From: Parcubacteria group bacterium
GTDB lineage: Bacteria; Patescibacteriota; Minisyncoccia; Moranbacterales; UBA2206
Assembly: GCA_041659505.1 (NCBI GenBank)
Contig: JBAZYF010000001.1
Coordinates: 502,712-566,711, forward strand
Direction: 5' to 3'
Length of the DNA: 64,000 bases
In this document: one piece after another, positions 55,854 to 64,000 of the stretch
Layout of the letters: each line of letters starts with the position of its first letter
How positions within the stretch are numbered: position 1 is the stretch's first letter
The notes under the pieces: generated by a model
Seen by the model: only the letters and a program-made list of their open reading frames with translations
Told to the model about the DNA's origin: nothing
Databases searched by the model: none
Position numbers and translations under genes: made by a program

Positions 55854-56190
55854 AATTGGTTGCCTGAAAATCCACAGGCGGAAAAGCATGGGTAAATCTC
55901 AAATTTCTTTTGTCTAGTTCTTTTTGAAAGAAACTAGATGCCAGTCCAAGTAAGGCCGAACCTTGGAAAATTGTTCTTTTAAGAAAAAACCCGCCCGACG
56001 AAAAGTCTGGCGGAAAAGTTGTAGGGGAAGTTTGTGGAAATCCTAAACGATTTCCACCTCCTCTTTCAGATCTAAACTTAGTTTAGGTTTGAAATGAGGT
56101 GGATGTTCTTTGAAAAAGTTATCAATAATATTTCTGGTTGTCATTTTAGTTTTTGAGAAAATTCAAAGATTGGAGTGGCAATCGGAAAAA
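55854..56190. repeat. module D/E, copy 1 (about 260-bp near-identical structured noncoding repeat + about 45-bp E motif)
   Basis: copy 2 at 57400-57738 near-identical; multiple perfect hairpins (GTGGAAATC..GATTTCCAC; CCGCC..GGCGG; TCTAGTT..AACTAGA). Confidence 0.75.
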
Positions 56191-56330
56191 ACCAGTCTGT
56201 CGAAATTGTAAGTGTGCGATTTTCGAAAAACAGATCGGAAAAGTTTTTTTGGATTTTCGTTGATGTGCCTAGTCAGCGCGGAGAAAGTCCCGGCCACATG
56301 GCGGTCGTAATTCTTCGAAAGGAGAAAGTT

Positions 56331-56723
56331 ATGATAATTATAGTATTTGAGTATGGCAAGAATGGTCAGTATTCCGTAAAACGCACTACTGATGTTTGCG
56401 GTGTACCGGTCCTTGCGGTGTATTGCAGGGGCAATACCCCGCCCGATATGGGAGGGCTGTACCGGTCCGCTTCTGCCGCCATCGATGTCGCCCTTTATAA
56501 TCTTTGCGAGGGCGAAAAACTCGTTCTCGTGGATGGAGCGGATCGGGTTGGATTTGATGTTAAATTCGATCAGGCGGATGTTGCTGTTAACTTTCAGAGA
56601 TTGCGGATTTTCCGTAGCACTGTCACGGGGATGGCGGAGGCCATTGCTGGTCTCTTTCATCTCAGGCGGGAACTCGGCTGGGAATCCGGTCGACCCTGTC
56701 GCGGGGGTAGTTGGGATACGTAG
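56331..56723 (+). CDS. hypothetical protein (130 aa) in GC-rich patch
   Basis: AAAGGAG RBS 7 nt upstream; chosen over overlapping minus-strand ORF 56163..56810. Confidence 0.4.
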   Translation: MIIIVFEYGKNGQYSVKRTTDVCGVPVLAVYCRGNTPPDMGGLYRSASAAIDVALYNLCEGEKLVLVDGADRVGFDVKFDQADVAVNFQRLRIFRSTVTGMAEAIAGLFHLRRELGWESGRPCRGGSWDT

Positions 56724-56750
56724 TGCGACGGTTCCCAATCGCATTAAAAA

Positions 56751-56890
56751 AACCTTGTGCTGGCAAGAATAAAAACCAGCAGATTGTGGGGATTTGGGCA
56801 GCCGCTTCATTGCCGCTACCCAATCTTTCCAAGTTCAGTATTTTTTCAAAAATAGTGAGCTTAGATGAGATTTTTGTTCTTTGGAAGAAA
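56751..56890. repeat. cassette boundary module F, copy 1 (covarying hairpin + conserved tail ...AATCTTTCCAAGTTCAGTATTTTTTCAAAAATAGTGAGCTTAGATGAGATTTTTGTTCTTTG)
   Basis: further copies 58344-58449, 61036-61145, diverged copy 62149-62295. Confidence 0.75.
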
Positions 56891-56982
56891 ATTTATTAAA
56901 GTTAGAGTATTTTTTCTCCCAGTTAGTTGTTTCCATTGCGGTTGTCTATATTTTTAGGCAATTGCAGTGGAAATAATTAACC
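56872..56982. repeat. cassette boundary module C, copy 2
   Basis: see copy 1. Confidence 0.7.
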
Positions 56983-57012
56983 AAAGAACAATTAAATAAA
57001 AAGGATAAAAAA

Positions 57013-57399
57013 ATGAGCTCACTACTAGGCTTAGCGGTGGGGGCATTTCTGGGAGTGGTTGCATCTCTGTGGTATAACCGCACCAGAAAAATGGATATCG
57101 ATCTTCCTTCTGGGAAGATCGAGGTATATTTTAAAAACTATAAAAATGTAGACGGGGAGCGGATGTGGCAAGCATCTGCTTCTCGTGGTGATAAACGGTT
57201 GGGAAGGTCGGTCGTCTTTCCTTCCCTGAAAGAGCTTAGCAAGTTCGTGGCGAAAGCCATTGAGCTCGCAAGGAAAGGCGAGGAAAAGGGATTCAAAGTG
57301 GAAACCCTTTTTCGATGGAATTATGTGGATTTTAGCCGTGAGGGTGAAAAATATCATGGCTATATCCCGACCGGAGAAATCCAAGAACACATCTCATAA
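57013..57399 (+). CDS. small membrane-anchored hypothetical protein (128 aa)
   Basis: N-terminal TM; follows module C2. Confidence 0.45.
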   Translation: MSSLLGLAVGAFLGVVASLWYNRTRKMDIDLPSGKIEVYFKNYKNVDGERMWQASASRGDKRLGRSVVFPSLKELSKFVAKAIELARKGEEKGFKVETLFRWNYVDFSREGEKYHGYIPTGEIQEHIS

Positions 57400-57738
57400 A
57401 TTGAGTTGCCTGAAAATCCACAGGCGGAAAAGCATGGGTAAATCTCAAATTTCTTTTGTCTAGTTCTTTTTGAAAGAAACTAGATGCCAGTCCAAGTAAG
57501 GCCGAACCTTGGAAAATTGTTCTTTTAAGAAAAAACCCGCCCGACGAAAAGTCTGGCGGAAAAGTTGTAGGGGAAGTTTGTGGAAATCCTAAACGATTTC
57601 CACCTCCTCTTTCAGATCTAAACTTAGTTTAGGTTTGAAATGAGGTGGATGTTCTTTGAAAGAAAATTAATATATTATTTTCTGATTGTTATCTTAGTTT
57701 TTGAGAAAATTCAAAGATTGGGATGGCAATCAGAAAAA
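57400..57738. repeat. module D/E, copy 2
   Basis: see copy 1. Confidence 0.75.
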
Positions 57739-57778
57739 CAATACAGGAACGTTGAAAAAATAAAAGGGAGAAAATGAA

Positions 57779-57952
57779 ATGCCGAATAAGAATGAGCATT
57801 TTGATCCGGAGGTAGAAAAACTCTACCAGATGTTTAAAAAGCGTCTGATGGAGGAATTATTTGTACTGTCTCCACATTTGCCAACTCTGGCAAATCTTGT
57901 GGACAAATCGGATTATCTTAAACCTATGCCCGGCGGGAAAGACCGGGGATAA
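57779..57952 (+). CDS. small hypothetical protein (57 aa), not in ORF track
   Basis: AAGGGAG RBS; follows module E2; stop 8 nt before next gene's ATG. Confidence 0.4.
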   Translation: MPNKNEHFDPEVEKLYQMFKKRLMEELFVLSPHLPTLANLVDKSDYLKPMPGGKDRG

Positions 57953-57960
57953 AGGAGGAC

Positions 57961-58197
57961 ATGATGGACGAGTTTTACAAATTGGTTAGCCTGTCTGGAT
58001 CAACCGACGTTTCCTTTCAGGAAATGTCGGATGATGGGCCAGGGGCTCCGACCAGGTATGGTCGGAAAGTGTTTGGTCGGTTCGTAAGGGTGTCAGCAAT
58101 GACACCAGGGAGATGTTGTATTACATCTCCCGTAGTCCTCCTCGCGGATGACGTTTACAACCGGCTTCACGAGTCCGGTTGCAAAACAAACGACTAA
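57961..58197 (+). CDS. small hypothetical protein (78 aa), GC-rich
   Basis: AAAGGAGGA RBS. Confidence 0.45.
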   Translation: MMDEFYKLVSLSGSTDVSFQEMSDDGPGAPTRYGRKVFGRFVRVSAMTPGRCCITSPVVLLADDVYNRLHESGCKTND

Positions 58198-58343
58198 TCC
58201 CGGTTGGCTACACAAAAAATCTCCCTCCGGAGTTTTGACCACCTCAGCAAGTCAAGTAAAAGAAAACTGAGGAGAGTAGTCACCTGACTCTAAAAATATA
58301 TCGTGGTGAGCCCAGCGGAAGCAGAGCCGCAAGTTTGTTCTTT

Positions 58344-58449
58344 ATGTGGGGTTTGGGCAGAATACTAAAAAATCTGCCCAATCTTTCCAAGTTCAGTATT
58401 TTTTCAAAAATAGTGAGCTTAGATGAGATTTTTGTTCTTTGAAAAAAAA
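58344..58449. repeat. cassette boundary module F, copy 2
   Basis: hairpin TGGGCAGA..TCTGCCCA + conserved tail. Confidence 0.75.
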
Positions 58450-58571
58450 GTAAATAAGTTTTCTATTAATTCTTGGTCAATATTTTGTGTGGCAAGTTTT
58501 TTGCTAGATGAAATATTGGCCAGGAGACGTAAAAATAAACTTGAATTCAAGGTTAGCATTAGGAGGTTTCT

Positions 58572-59513
58572 ATGAATAGTTTCAGAGAAGTCCTCTTTGG
58601 TAAAGTTGACCTTGATTCAATGGCGACGGCTTTGGTTTTGGGGATTTCTCCTGAAGATCAAAACCTACGCTCAGTTTCGGGGTCGGCTTCAGCCGAAGAG
58701 TTGAAGGACAGTGATGTCCTTTGTCTCGAGGTCGGAGGCACTGGTCGGACGACGGAAAATTGTTTTGATCATCATCCTTGTGGTGGTGAGAGAAAGATTG
58801 ATCTGTCGGCTGCCGCGCAGGCCTTGGAGCGGATGGCACGCCTTATCCACTATGTGGACGAGGTGGACCGAGGCATTCGGCATGACTGCGAGTGCCGATT
58901 TCCCTCTCTTGTTTCTCTCGTTTCTGGAATGAAATTAATTGTGAAAGAACCGGAAGAGCAAATGAGAAAGGGATTGCAGTTGATGCGGACGGTGCTGCAG
59001 TCGGGATTGGATCCATATGATTGTATGGAAAAAATTACGATTTGGATGCCGGAAGCATCCGAGTGGATTGAAGCAAAACGCCAACACGAACGGCATTTTG
59101 CAGAAGCTACTCAAAACGCCATGTGGTTTCAGACGATTACCGGGATTAAAGTAGTTGCCGTGGAAACGACATGGATTGGTGCGCCCGGGGCATTGTATGG
59201 CCTGGGGGCACATGTAGTAATCGTACTCAACCCCACGTTCGAGCAGGGCGGAAAAGTGTATCGCAAATACACAATCGCTGTGCATCGCGATTTGGGGATT
59301 AATCTGTCTTCGGCTATTTCCGAACTTAGATTGCTCGAGGATGGTTGGGGCGGACCAGCGCACGCCACGATATGCGGCTCTCCACAGGGTGTGGATAGTC
59401 AGCTATCAATGCAAACGGTGGCCGATGTGGTCACGAAAAGTTTGCAGGGCGTGAAACTAGTCAACAAAAAAGAAAGAAAGGAGGAAGAAGAATTGCTCAG
59501 GAAAGCAGCGTAG
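58572..59513 (+). CDS. divergent DHH-like protein, paralog 1 (GWGG..GSPQG family)
   Basis: AGGAGG RBS; 'CFDHHPCGGE'; C-terminal 'LLEDGWGGPAHATICGSPQGV'; about 52% GC. Confidence 0.5.
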   Translation: MNSFREVLFGKVDLDSMATALVLGISPEDQNLRSVSGSASAEELKDSDVLCLEVGGTGRTTENCFDHHPCGGERKIDLSAAAQALERMARLIHYVDEVDRGIRHDCECRFPSLVSLVSGMKLIVKEPEEQMRKGLQLMRTVLQSGLDPYDCMEKITIWMPEASEWIEAKRQHERHFAEATQNAMWFQTITGIKVVAVETTWIGAPGALYGLGAHVVIVLNPTFEQGGKVYRKYTIAVHRDLGINLSSAISELRLLEDGWGGPAHATICGSPQGVDSQLSMQTVADVVTKSLQGVKLVNKKERKEEEELLRKAA

Positions 59514-59745
59514 AAAATTTTCTCCAGCTTGAAATCGAGTAGCTAAAAATGGCGAAAGAAATTGAGTTTTGCGTCCCGGGTTAAAACTCCGCCTGGGTAA
59601 TTGAAACACGCCAATGTTGGTGGCCCAAAGGGGCAGTTGATTTCAAATCAATTTGTTTTTGATTATTTTTCACCGCAAAGTGCGGTCAAAAAACGCAACA
59701 CCTCCCATTTTCCAGGCGGAGCGCCTGGGGGGTGGGGAGAAAACC

Positions 59746-60957
59746 ATGAAATATCAGTTTGCAATTTTAGACCCCCGTCCGATTGAGGCCGCGCAAATGG
59801 CCAATAATGCAGTTTTTTCTTCGGGACGTGGGGCATTGGGAGTTGAGGTCACCGTTCCGGCTTTAGCAGCTCGGTGCAAACTGGGGAATATCGATCCCCA
59901 GCATACCGGACAGGATGATAGTTTGGCGGCCATCGAGGTCGCACTGCAGCATGTCGTCGATGTCCGTGGCGAATGCTGCGGGCATGAGCAGGAAGTTTTC
60001 TCGGATTGTGTGGAGTGTTCGCAGCCGGTGTATGAGCCGGTTGTGACGCTGGCCACTATTCGCGCCGACCTGGATTCGGTCGGGGCGATGGCTGTTCTGC
60101 TCATTCGGGCGGAATGTGAGCAGAATGATTGGGACACGTGTAATAGCGTGCCTGGGTATGGCGAGATAATACAGGAGGCGAAGGATCGGATCCGGCTTGT
60201 GGCCGAGTCTGACAAATTTGCCAGAGGCGGCTGGCCCGGTCCACGGCCGTTGCCGACGGAAGAGTCACTTTTTGACGACTCGTCCGCCTCGACCGAGTCG
60301 GACTCACGGTTGGCTCCGATGGCCGCCGCGGTTTCCGACTTCAAAATCCCGCTGGCTCAGCGGGTTGAGTGGATGAAGCGATGGCTCCTTTGGGGCGAGG
60401 AGCCGGCCGGCTACCGTGAAAAGTGGCTGGTTGAAAGAAAGGCGATCGCGCAAGCGGTTGCCAGCGGTTTCATCAAGGCTTCGGTCGCGAAGCTTTGTGG
60501 GTACTGCGGATATTACGCTGGCGTAAGTCACGTCGGCGAACTGTGCTCGCACTGCTACTGCGACGGAGGACTTGAAGTCCAGTCGATCGCGGCAGTGGTT
60601 TCCACGCACCGCGCGGCAACCAGCATCGGCTACTCATTAGCGCCGATTGTGGTGGCGCTCAATCCGGAGTTTCGGTTTGGCGGGGGTGAACCTTGTCGAA
60701 AGTTCACGGTCTGCCAGTTTACGGCAGAGTACATGGATTTACGGGCGGTGCTCGCTGAGCTTGCCGGGCTCGAGTCGGGCTGGGGAGGATCGCCAACAAT
60801 TGGCGGATCGCCCCAGGGTGTGAGCTCCATCTTGACGATTGATCAAGTCGTCGAGGTGGTGGCAAAACACCTCATCAAAAAATGTTTTTTCTGCGGAAGC
60901 TTTTTGGAAAAGCCGTACAAGGTTTGCTTTTCCTGCGGTGGAGCGCAGCCGGAATAA
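59746..60957 (+). CDS. divergent DHH-like protein, paralog 2, with C-terminal CxxC..CxxC zinc ribbon
   Basis: GGGGAGA RBS; C-terminal 'LESGWGGSPTIGGSPQGV'; about 55% GC; start set to ATG 59746 (track uses TTG 59653). Confidence 0.5.
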   Translation: MKYQFAILDPRPIEAAQMANNAVFSSGRGALGVEVTVPALAARCKLGNIDPQHTGQDDSLAAIEVALQHVVDVRGECCGHEQEVFSDCVECSQPVYEPVVTLATIRADLDSVGAMAVLLIRAECEQNDWDTCNSVPGYGEIIQEAKDRIRLVAESDKFARGGWPGPRPLPTEESLFDDSSASTESDSRLAPMAAAVSDFKIPLAQRVEWMKRWLLWGEEPAGYREKWLVERKAIAQAVASGFIKASVAKLCGYCGYYAGVSHVGELCSHCYCDGGLEVQSIAAVVSTHRAATSIGYSLAPIVVALNPEFRFGGGEPCRKFTVCQFTAEYMDLRAVLAELAGLESGWGGSPTIGGSPQGVSSILTIDQVVEVVAKHLIKKCFFCGSFLEKPYKVCFSCGGAQPE

Positions 60958-61035
60958 ATTTCTTTCGGAAAAATAGTTCTTTAACCTCTCCCAAGTCAAG
61001 GTGCGCTTGGGCATAAGAGGAAAATAGCACCAAAG

Positions 61036-61145
61036 TTGTAGGATTTTCGGGCAGTCACTTTGTTGCCGCTGCCCGATCTTTCCAAGTTCAGTATTTTTTC
61101 AAAAATAGTGGGCTTAGATGAGATTTTTGTTCTTTGAAAAAAAAT
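61036..61145. repeat. cassette boundary module F, copy 3
   Basis: hairpin CGGGCAG..CTGCCCG + conserved tail. Confidence 0.75.
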
Positions 61146-61279
61146 GAAAACCAACTATTTTTCATTGTCTTATTTGAGATAATAATTTTTTTGTTGTTTC
61201 TGATGAGGCAATGGAATAGTTGTTTTTTAATCTGCCGAACCGAAAAACGGGGAGGCAAAAATAAAAAAGGAGTACGAAA

Positions 61280-62113
61280 ATGAAAAAACAGTTATTTGTT
61301 TTGGGTGGCAATGACGGTGAGATGCAGGCAATAAAAGGTTTGTTAACTGCATTCGGGCATGCCTGGGCGCAGCCCCAGATTGGCTGGGGCGAACATTTTT
61401 ATGTGCCTGCCGAATTGGGACTGGAGATTATTGATGTCCAGATTCCTGTCGGCGATAATGGTCACGGCACAGTGTATCGTGCTGGAAAGACTTGCCAGGG
61501 AATCGATGAAGTGATATTTGTCGAATGCTCCCCAAAGGATTTTCCGGCTGATCAGGCTGTGATGGTTATCGATCATCATAATGATCGGTCGGGCGAGCCG
61601 GCTGCCATCCGGCAGATGGTTGAAAAACTGAACATTTGGTCCAGGCTTAGTTCGCTGACCCAGCGATGGGTCGAGCTGGTGGCCGCCAATGACTCCGGGT
61701 ATATCCCGGCGATGCTGGCGCTTGGTGCTACGAGTAAGGAGATTGCCCGAGTACGCTTGTCCGACCGCAACGCTCAGGGCATTACGTCTGAGCAAGAAGT
61801 GGAAGCCGAGAGAGCAGTCGTGGGGGCCGAGGTTGTTGGAAAGTTGACCATCGTAAGGATGGCACATTCCAAGACAGCAACGGTCGCCGACAGACTTTTC
61901 GGCAAAGCCGACCAGCTCCTCATCCTCTCTGGCGACGGAGAGGTGAATTTCTTTGGGAACGGGGCGATCTGCTCCGAGCTTAAGGCAAAATTTGAGGGCT
62001 GGGGCGGCGGTTCCGGCTTTGGCAAGTCGGATGGCATTGGCTACTGGGGTGGTTGCCCGAACTTTGACGAAGTGTTGAGCTTCGTCAAGAGCAAGGTTAA
62101 TCCCTCTGAGTAA
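61280..62113 (+). CDS. divergent DHH-like protein, paralog 3
   Basis: AAAAGGAG RBS; 'FVLGGNDGEMQAIKGL' (motif I-like), 'VMVIDHHNDRSGE', C-terminal 'FEGWGGGSGFG'. Confidence 0.5.
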   Translation: MKKQLFVLGGNDGEMQAIKGLLTAFGHAWAQPQIGWGEHFYVPAELGLEIIDVQIPVGDNGHGTVYRAGKTCQGIDEVIFVECSPKDFPADQAVMVIDHHNDRSGEPAAIRQMVEKLNIWSRLSSLTQRWVELVAANDSGYIPAMLALGATSKEIARVRLSDRNAQGITSEQEVEAERAVVGAEVVGKLTIVRMAHSKTATVADRLFGKADQLLILSGDGEVNFFGNGAICSELKAKFEGWGGGSGFGKSDGIGYWGGCPNFDEVLSFVKSKVNPSE

Positions 62114-62148
62114 GGACGGCTACCCAATGCCCAAGCATGAAACACTAA

Positions 62149-62295
62149 CCTTGTGCTGGCAAGAATAAAAACCAGCAGATTGTAGGGGATTCGGGATTTG
62201 AGTATTGCCGTAGGGGCAAGAAAAAAATCCCGATTCTCTCCGGTACTATTTTTCTTTTGAAAAAGTAGTTCTGGATGAGGATGAGGTTCTTTGAC
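62149..62295. repeat. cassette boundary module F, diverged copy 4
   Basis: TGCTGG..CCAGCA hairpin + TCGGGATTT..AAATCCCGA hairpin + degenerate tail ending GTTCTTTGAC. Confidence 0.6.
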
Positions 62296-62420
62296 ATCAG
62301 AATTATTATAATCCGGGCAATCCTTGCCCATTTTGCTCTGGCTTAACCGTCAGAGAAGTGCCAACGAGGCGCCTGCAAGCGAAAGGAAAGGAAGTTAGAG
62401 TTTGCAGATGAGGAGTGATA

Positions 62421-64000
62421 ATGCCAAATTTTATATGGACCGACCATGCGGACAGGGAATCTCTTCCGATTGACGCGCATCTCGCTGAGATTTTGCGTCT
62501 CACGGAAGAAAATCAGGTAATCATTGTGGAAGCGGAAACGGGCGCAGGAAAAACGACTCGGATCCCGCAGATGCTTCTGCAGGAAACGAGTCTGCCAATT
62601 CAAATGACTCAACCTCGCCGTCCGGTTGTTCGCTGGATGGCGAAAAGAATCGCCTATGAACTGAAAGATGTTCCGGGCGGTGTTGTCGGCTGGAAACTGT
62701 TTGGAGATGATCCGGTTGTGTCAAAACGGACTCGGTGTCTTTTGAAAATCGAGCAATCTTTGGCAAACTGGATCCGGCGGAAAAATCGTCTGCCGGAGGG
62801 GATTATTATTGTGGACGAGGCGCACGAGCGTCACGTTACAACCGATACCCTTTTGATTCTTCTTAAAAAACTTTTACTGGGATCGCCAAAAACGAAGGTG
62901 ATTATTACATCCGCCACGATTGATACAGAGAGATTTTCAAAGTATTTTTGGAATGCTCCGATATTAAAAATCAGCGGTCGTTGTTATCCAGTAGAAGTTC
63001 GTCCCTATCATATGGGGAGAGGGGAGCACCACAGCCAAGGCGCAATTTGCGCCGCTGAAAAAGTAGTGGACAATTTTTTGAGGCAATGTCTCCATATTCA
63101 GGACACGCACAATGAATTTTCAAGTGTGCTTGTCGAGCGTGGAACGGTTCTGGCGTTTTTTCCTGGCGAGGAGGATATCAATTCCGCTATTTCTTCTCTC
63201 GAGCGTCATTTGCATTGGCGCAAAGAAAGGGATGAGAATCTTTCTGTTGAGGTCATCACTCTTGCGAGTGAAGCCAAAAACAAAAAAGAGGGCGGAAAAG
63301 ATGCGGAAAATATTGATGCAAAATATCGCATCGAAATTTTTCCTTGTCACGGAAAACTGACACCGGCAGAACAGGATCGCAGTCAGGGACCGGACGTTGC
63401 GCCAAATACCTTGCGCGTTATCTGCACAACAGATATCGCGCGAACAAGCGCGACATTTCCCCGAGTGGTCGGGGTTATTGATTCTTTGCAAATCAAACGG
63501 CCCTTCTCTGATTACAAAGGCGTGGCTCATTTGGACAAAATCCAGGTGAGCATGGCTGAAGCGAATCAGGCCAAAGGTCGAGCAGGTCGGACGCAACCAG
63601 GATTCTACATTCCCATTTCTTTTGAAGGGGAATATGGAAGGCTGGCAATGTGGCCAGTGCCGGCGATTTTACGGGAGCCGTTGAGCTCAATCGTGTTGCA
63701 GTTTAGCGCGGCAGGAATTAGTCCGCGCGATTGTGACTATATCGATGCACCGGATCAGCAAAAGATTGATGCGACCATCAAACGGTTGCAAAAATTGGGT
63801 GCGCTGGATTCCTATGAGCAAATCACCGAAGTTGGTGAATTGCTCGTCCAGTTTCCGATTGATCCAGAAAGGGCGAAAGCTTTGATCACTGGATCGAAAT
63901 TGGGCATTTTGCCTGAGACAATAATTGCGTCGGCGTGCATTGAGCATGAGGGATTATTTTGGATCCCCAAAACTGACGCGAAAATTGAAGTCGAGCGGTG
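62421..64000 (+). CDS. ATP-dependent DEAH-box helicase (HrpA/HrpB-like), 5' partial within window (runs off end); absent from ORF track
   Basis: GAGGAG RBS; 'ETGAGKTT' (Walker A), 'VDEAHER' (motif II), 'SATID', 'QAKGRAGR' motifs; no stop through position 64000. Confidence 0.85.
   Translation, partial: MPNFIWTDHADRESLPIDAHLAEILRLTEENQVIIVEAETGAGKTTRIPQMLLQETSLPIQMTQPRRPVVRWMAKRIAYELKDVPGGVVGWKLFGDDPVVSKRTRCLLKIEQSLANWIRRKNRLPEGIIIVDEAHERHVTTDTLLILLKKLLLGSPKTKVIITSATIDTERFSKYFWNAPILKISGRCYPVEVRPYHMGRGEHHSQGAICAAEKVVDNFLRQCLHIQDTHNEFSSVLVERGTVLAFFPGEEDINSAISSLERHLHWRKERDENLSVEVITLASEAKNKKEGGKDAENIDAKYRIEIFPCHGKLTPAEQDRSQGPDVAPNTLRVICTTDIARTSATFPRVVGVIDSLQIKRPFSDYKGVAHLDKIQVSMAEANQAKGRAGRTQPGFYIPISFEGEYGRLAMWPVPAILREPLSSIVLQFSAAGISPRDCDYIDAPDQQKIDATIKRLQKLGALDSYEQITEVGELLVQFPIDPERAKALITGSKLGILPETIIASACIEHEGLFWIPKTDAKIEVER

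Noticed and set aside
56163-56810. 215-aa minus-strand ORF overlapping the plus-strand ORF 56175..56723
   Set aside because: Lies in a GC-rich patch where long spurious ORFs occur on both strands. Its product is low-complexity, while the plus-strand frame has a good RBS (AAAGGAG) and fits the module-then-gene pattern of the array.
54750-62420. CRISPR array or integron as explanation for the repeats
   Set aside because: Repeats are 100-330 bp, irregularly spaced and separated by protein-coding genes, not 25-40-bp direct repeats with uniform spacers. No cas genes and no intI integrase were seen in the window.

Overview
64 kb window from an AT-rich (about 36-40% GC) small genome. Gene content is consistent with a Candidate Phyla Radiation / Patescibacteria-like bacterium: several TrmB-like regulators, tandem TrbC/VirB2-like 'pilin' genes, RNase Y, family II pyrophosphatase, many small hypothetical proteins.

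Left half (1-29 kb) is mostly housekeeping: 3D-domain protein, methyltransferases, endonuclease IV, NrnA-like DHH phosphoesterase, rbfA-infB, a 5-gene pilin-like cluster, nusA, ppaC, tig, clpP, gpmI, rny, HU. It also holds four tRNAs (Cys, Leu, Pro, Gly) with free-standing HNH and GIY-YIG nuclease genes wedged between them, and two MITE-like repeat families.

Right half (about 29.4-62.4 kb) reads as an accessory island that begins exactly at the 3' end of tRNA-Gly:
- a large-serine-recombinase element carrying a P-loop NTPase and a CHC2 zinc-finger protein;
- a C5 DNA methyltransferase with a candidate restriction partner;
- a CBASS-like operon (HNH-effector / CD-NTase / E2-like) placed divergently from a LexA-like S24 repressor;
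- an SOS cassette (lexA, Y-family polymerase, divergent SRAP/YedK) with a GTAC-N4-GTAC palindrome in the shared promoter region;
- several HExxH proteins;
- a repeat-delimited cassette-like array (54.7-62.4 kb) carrying GC-rich (about 50-55%) ORFs, including three paralogous divergent DHH-like proteins, ending at a partial DEAH (HrpA-like) helicase gene.

No rRNA genes or CRISPR arrays were seen. All functional calls are from motif recognition by eye, with no database searches run.
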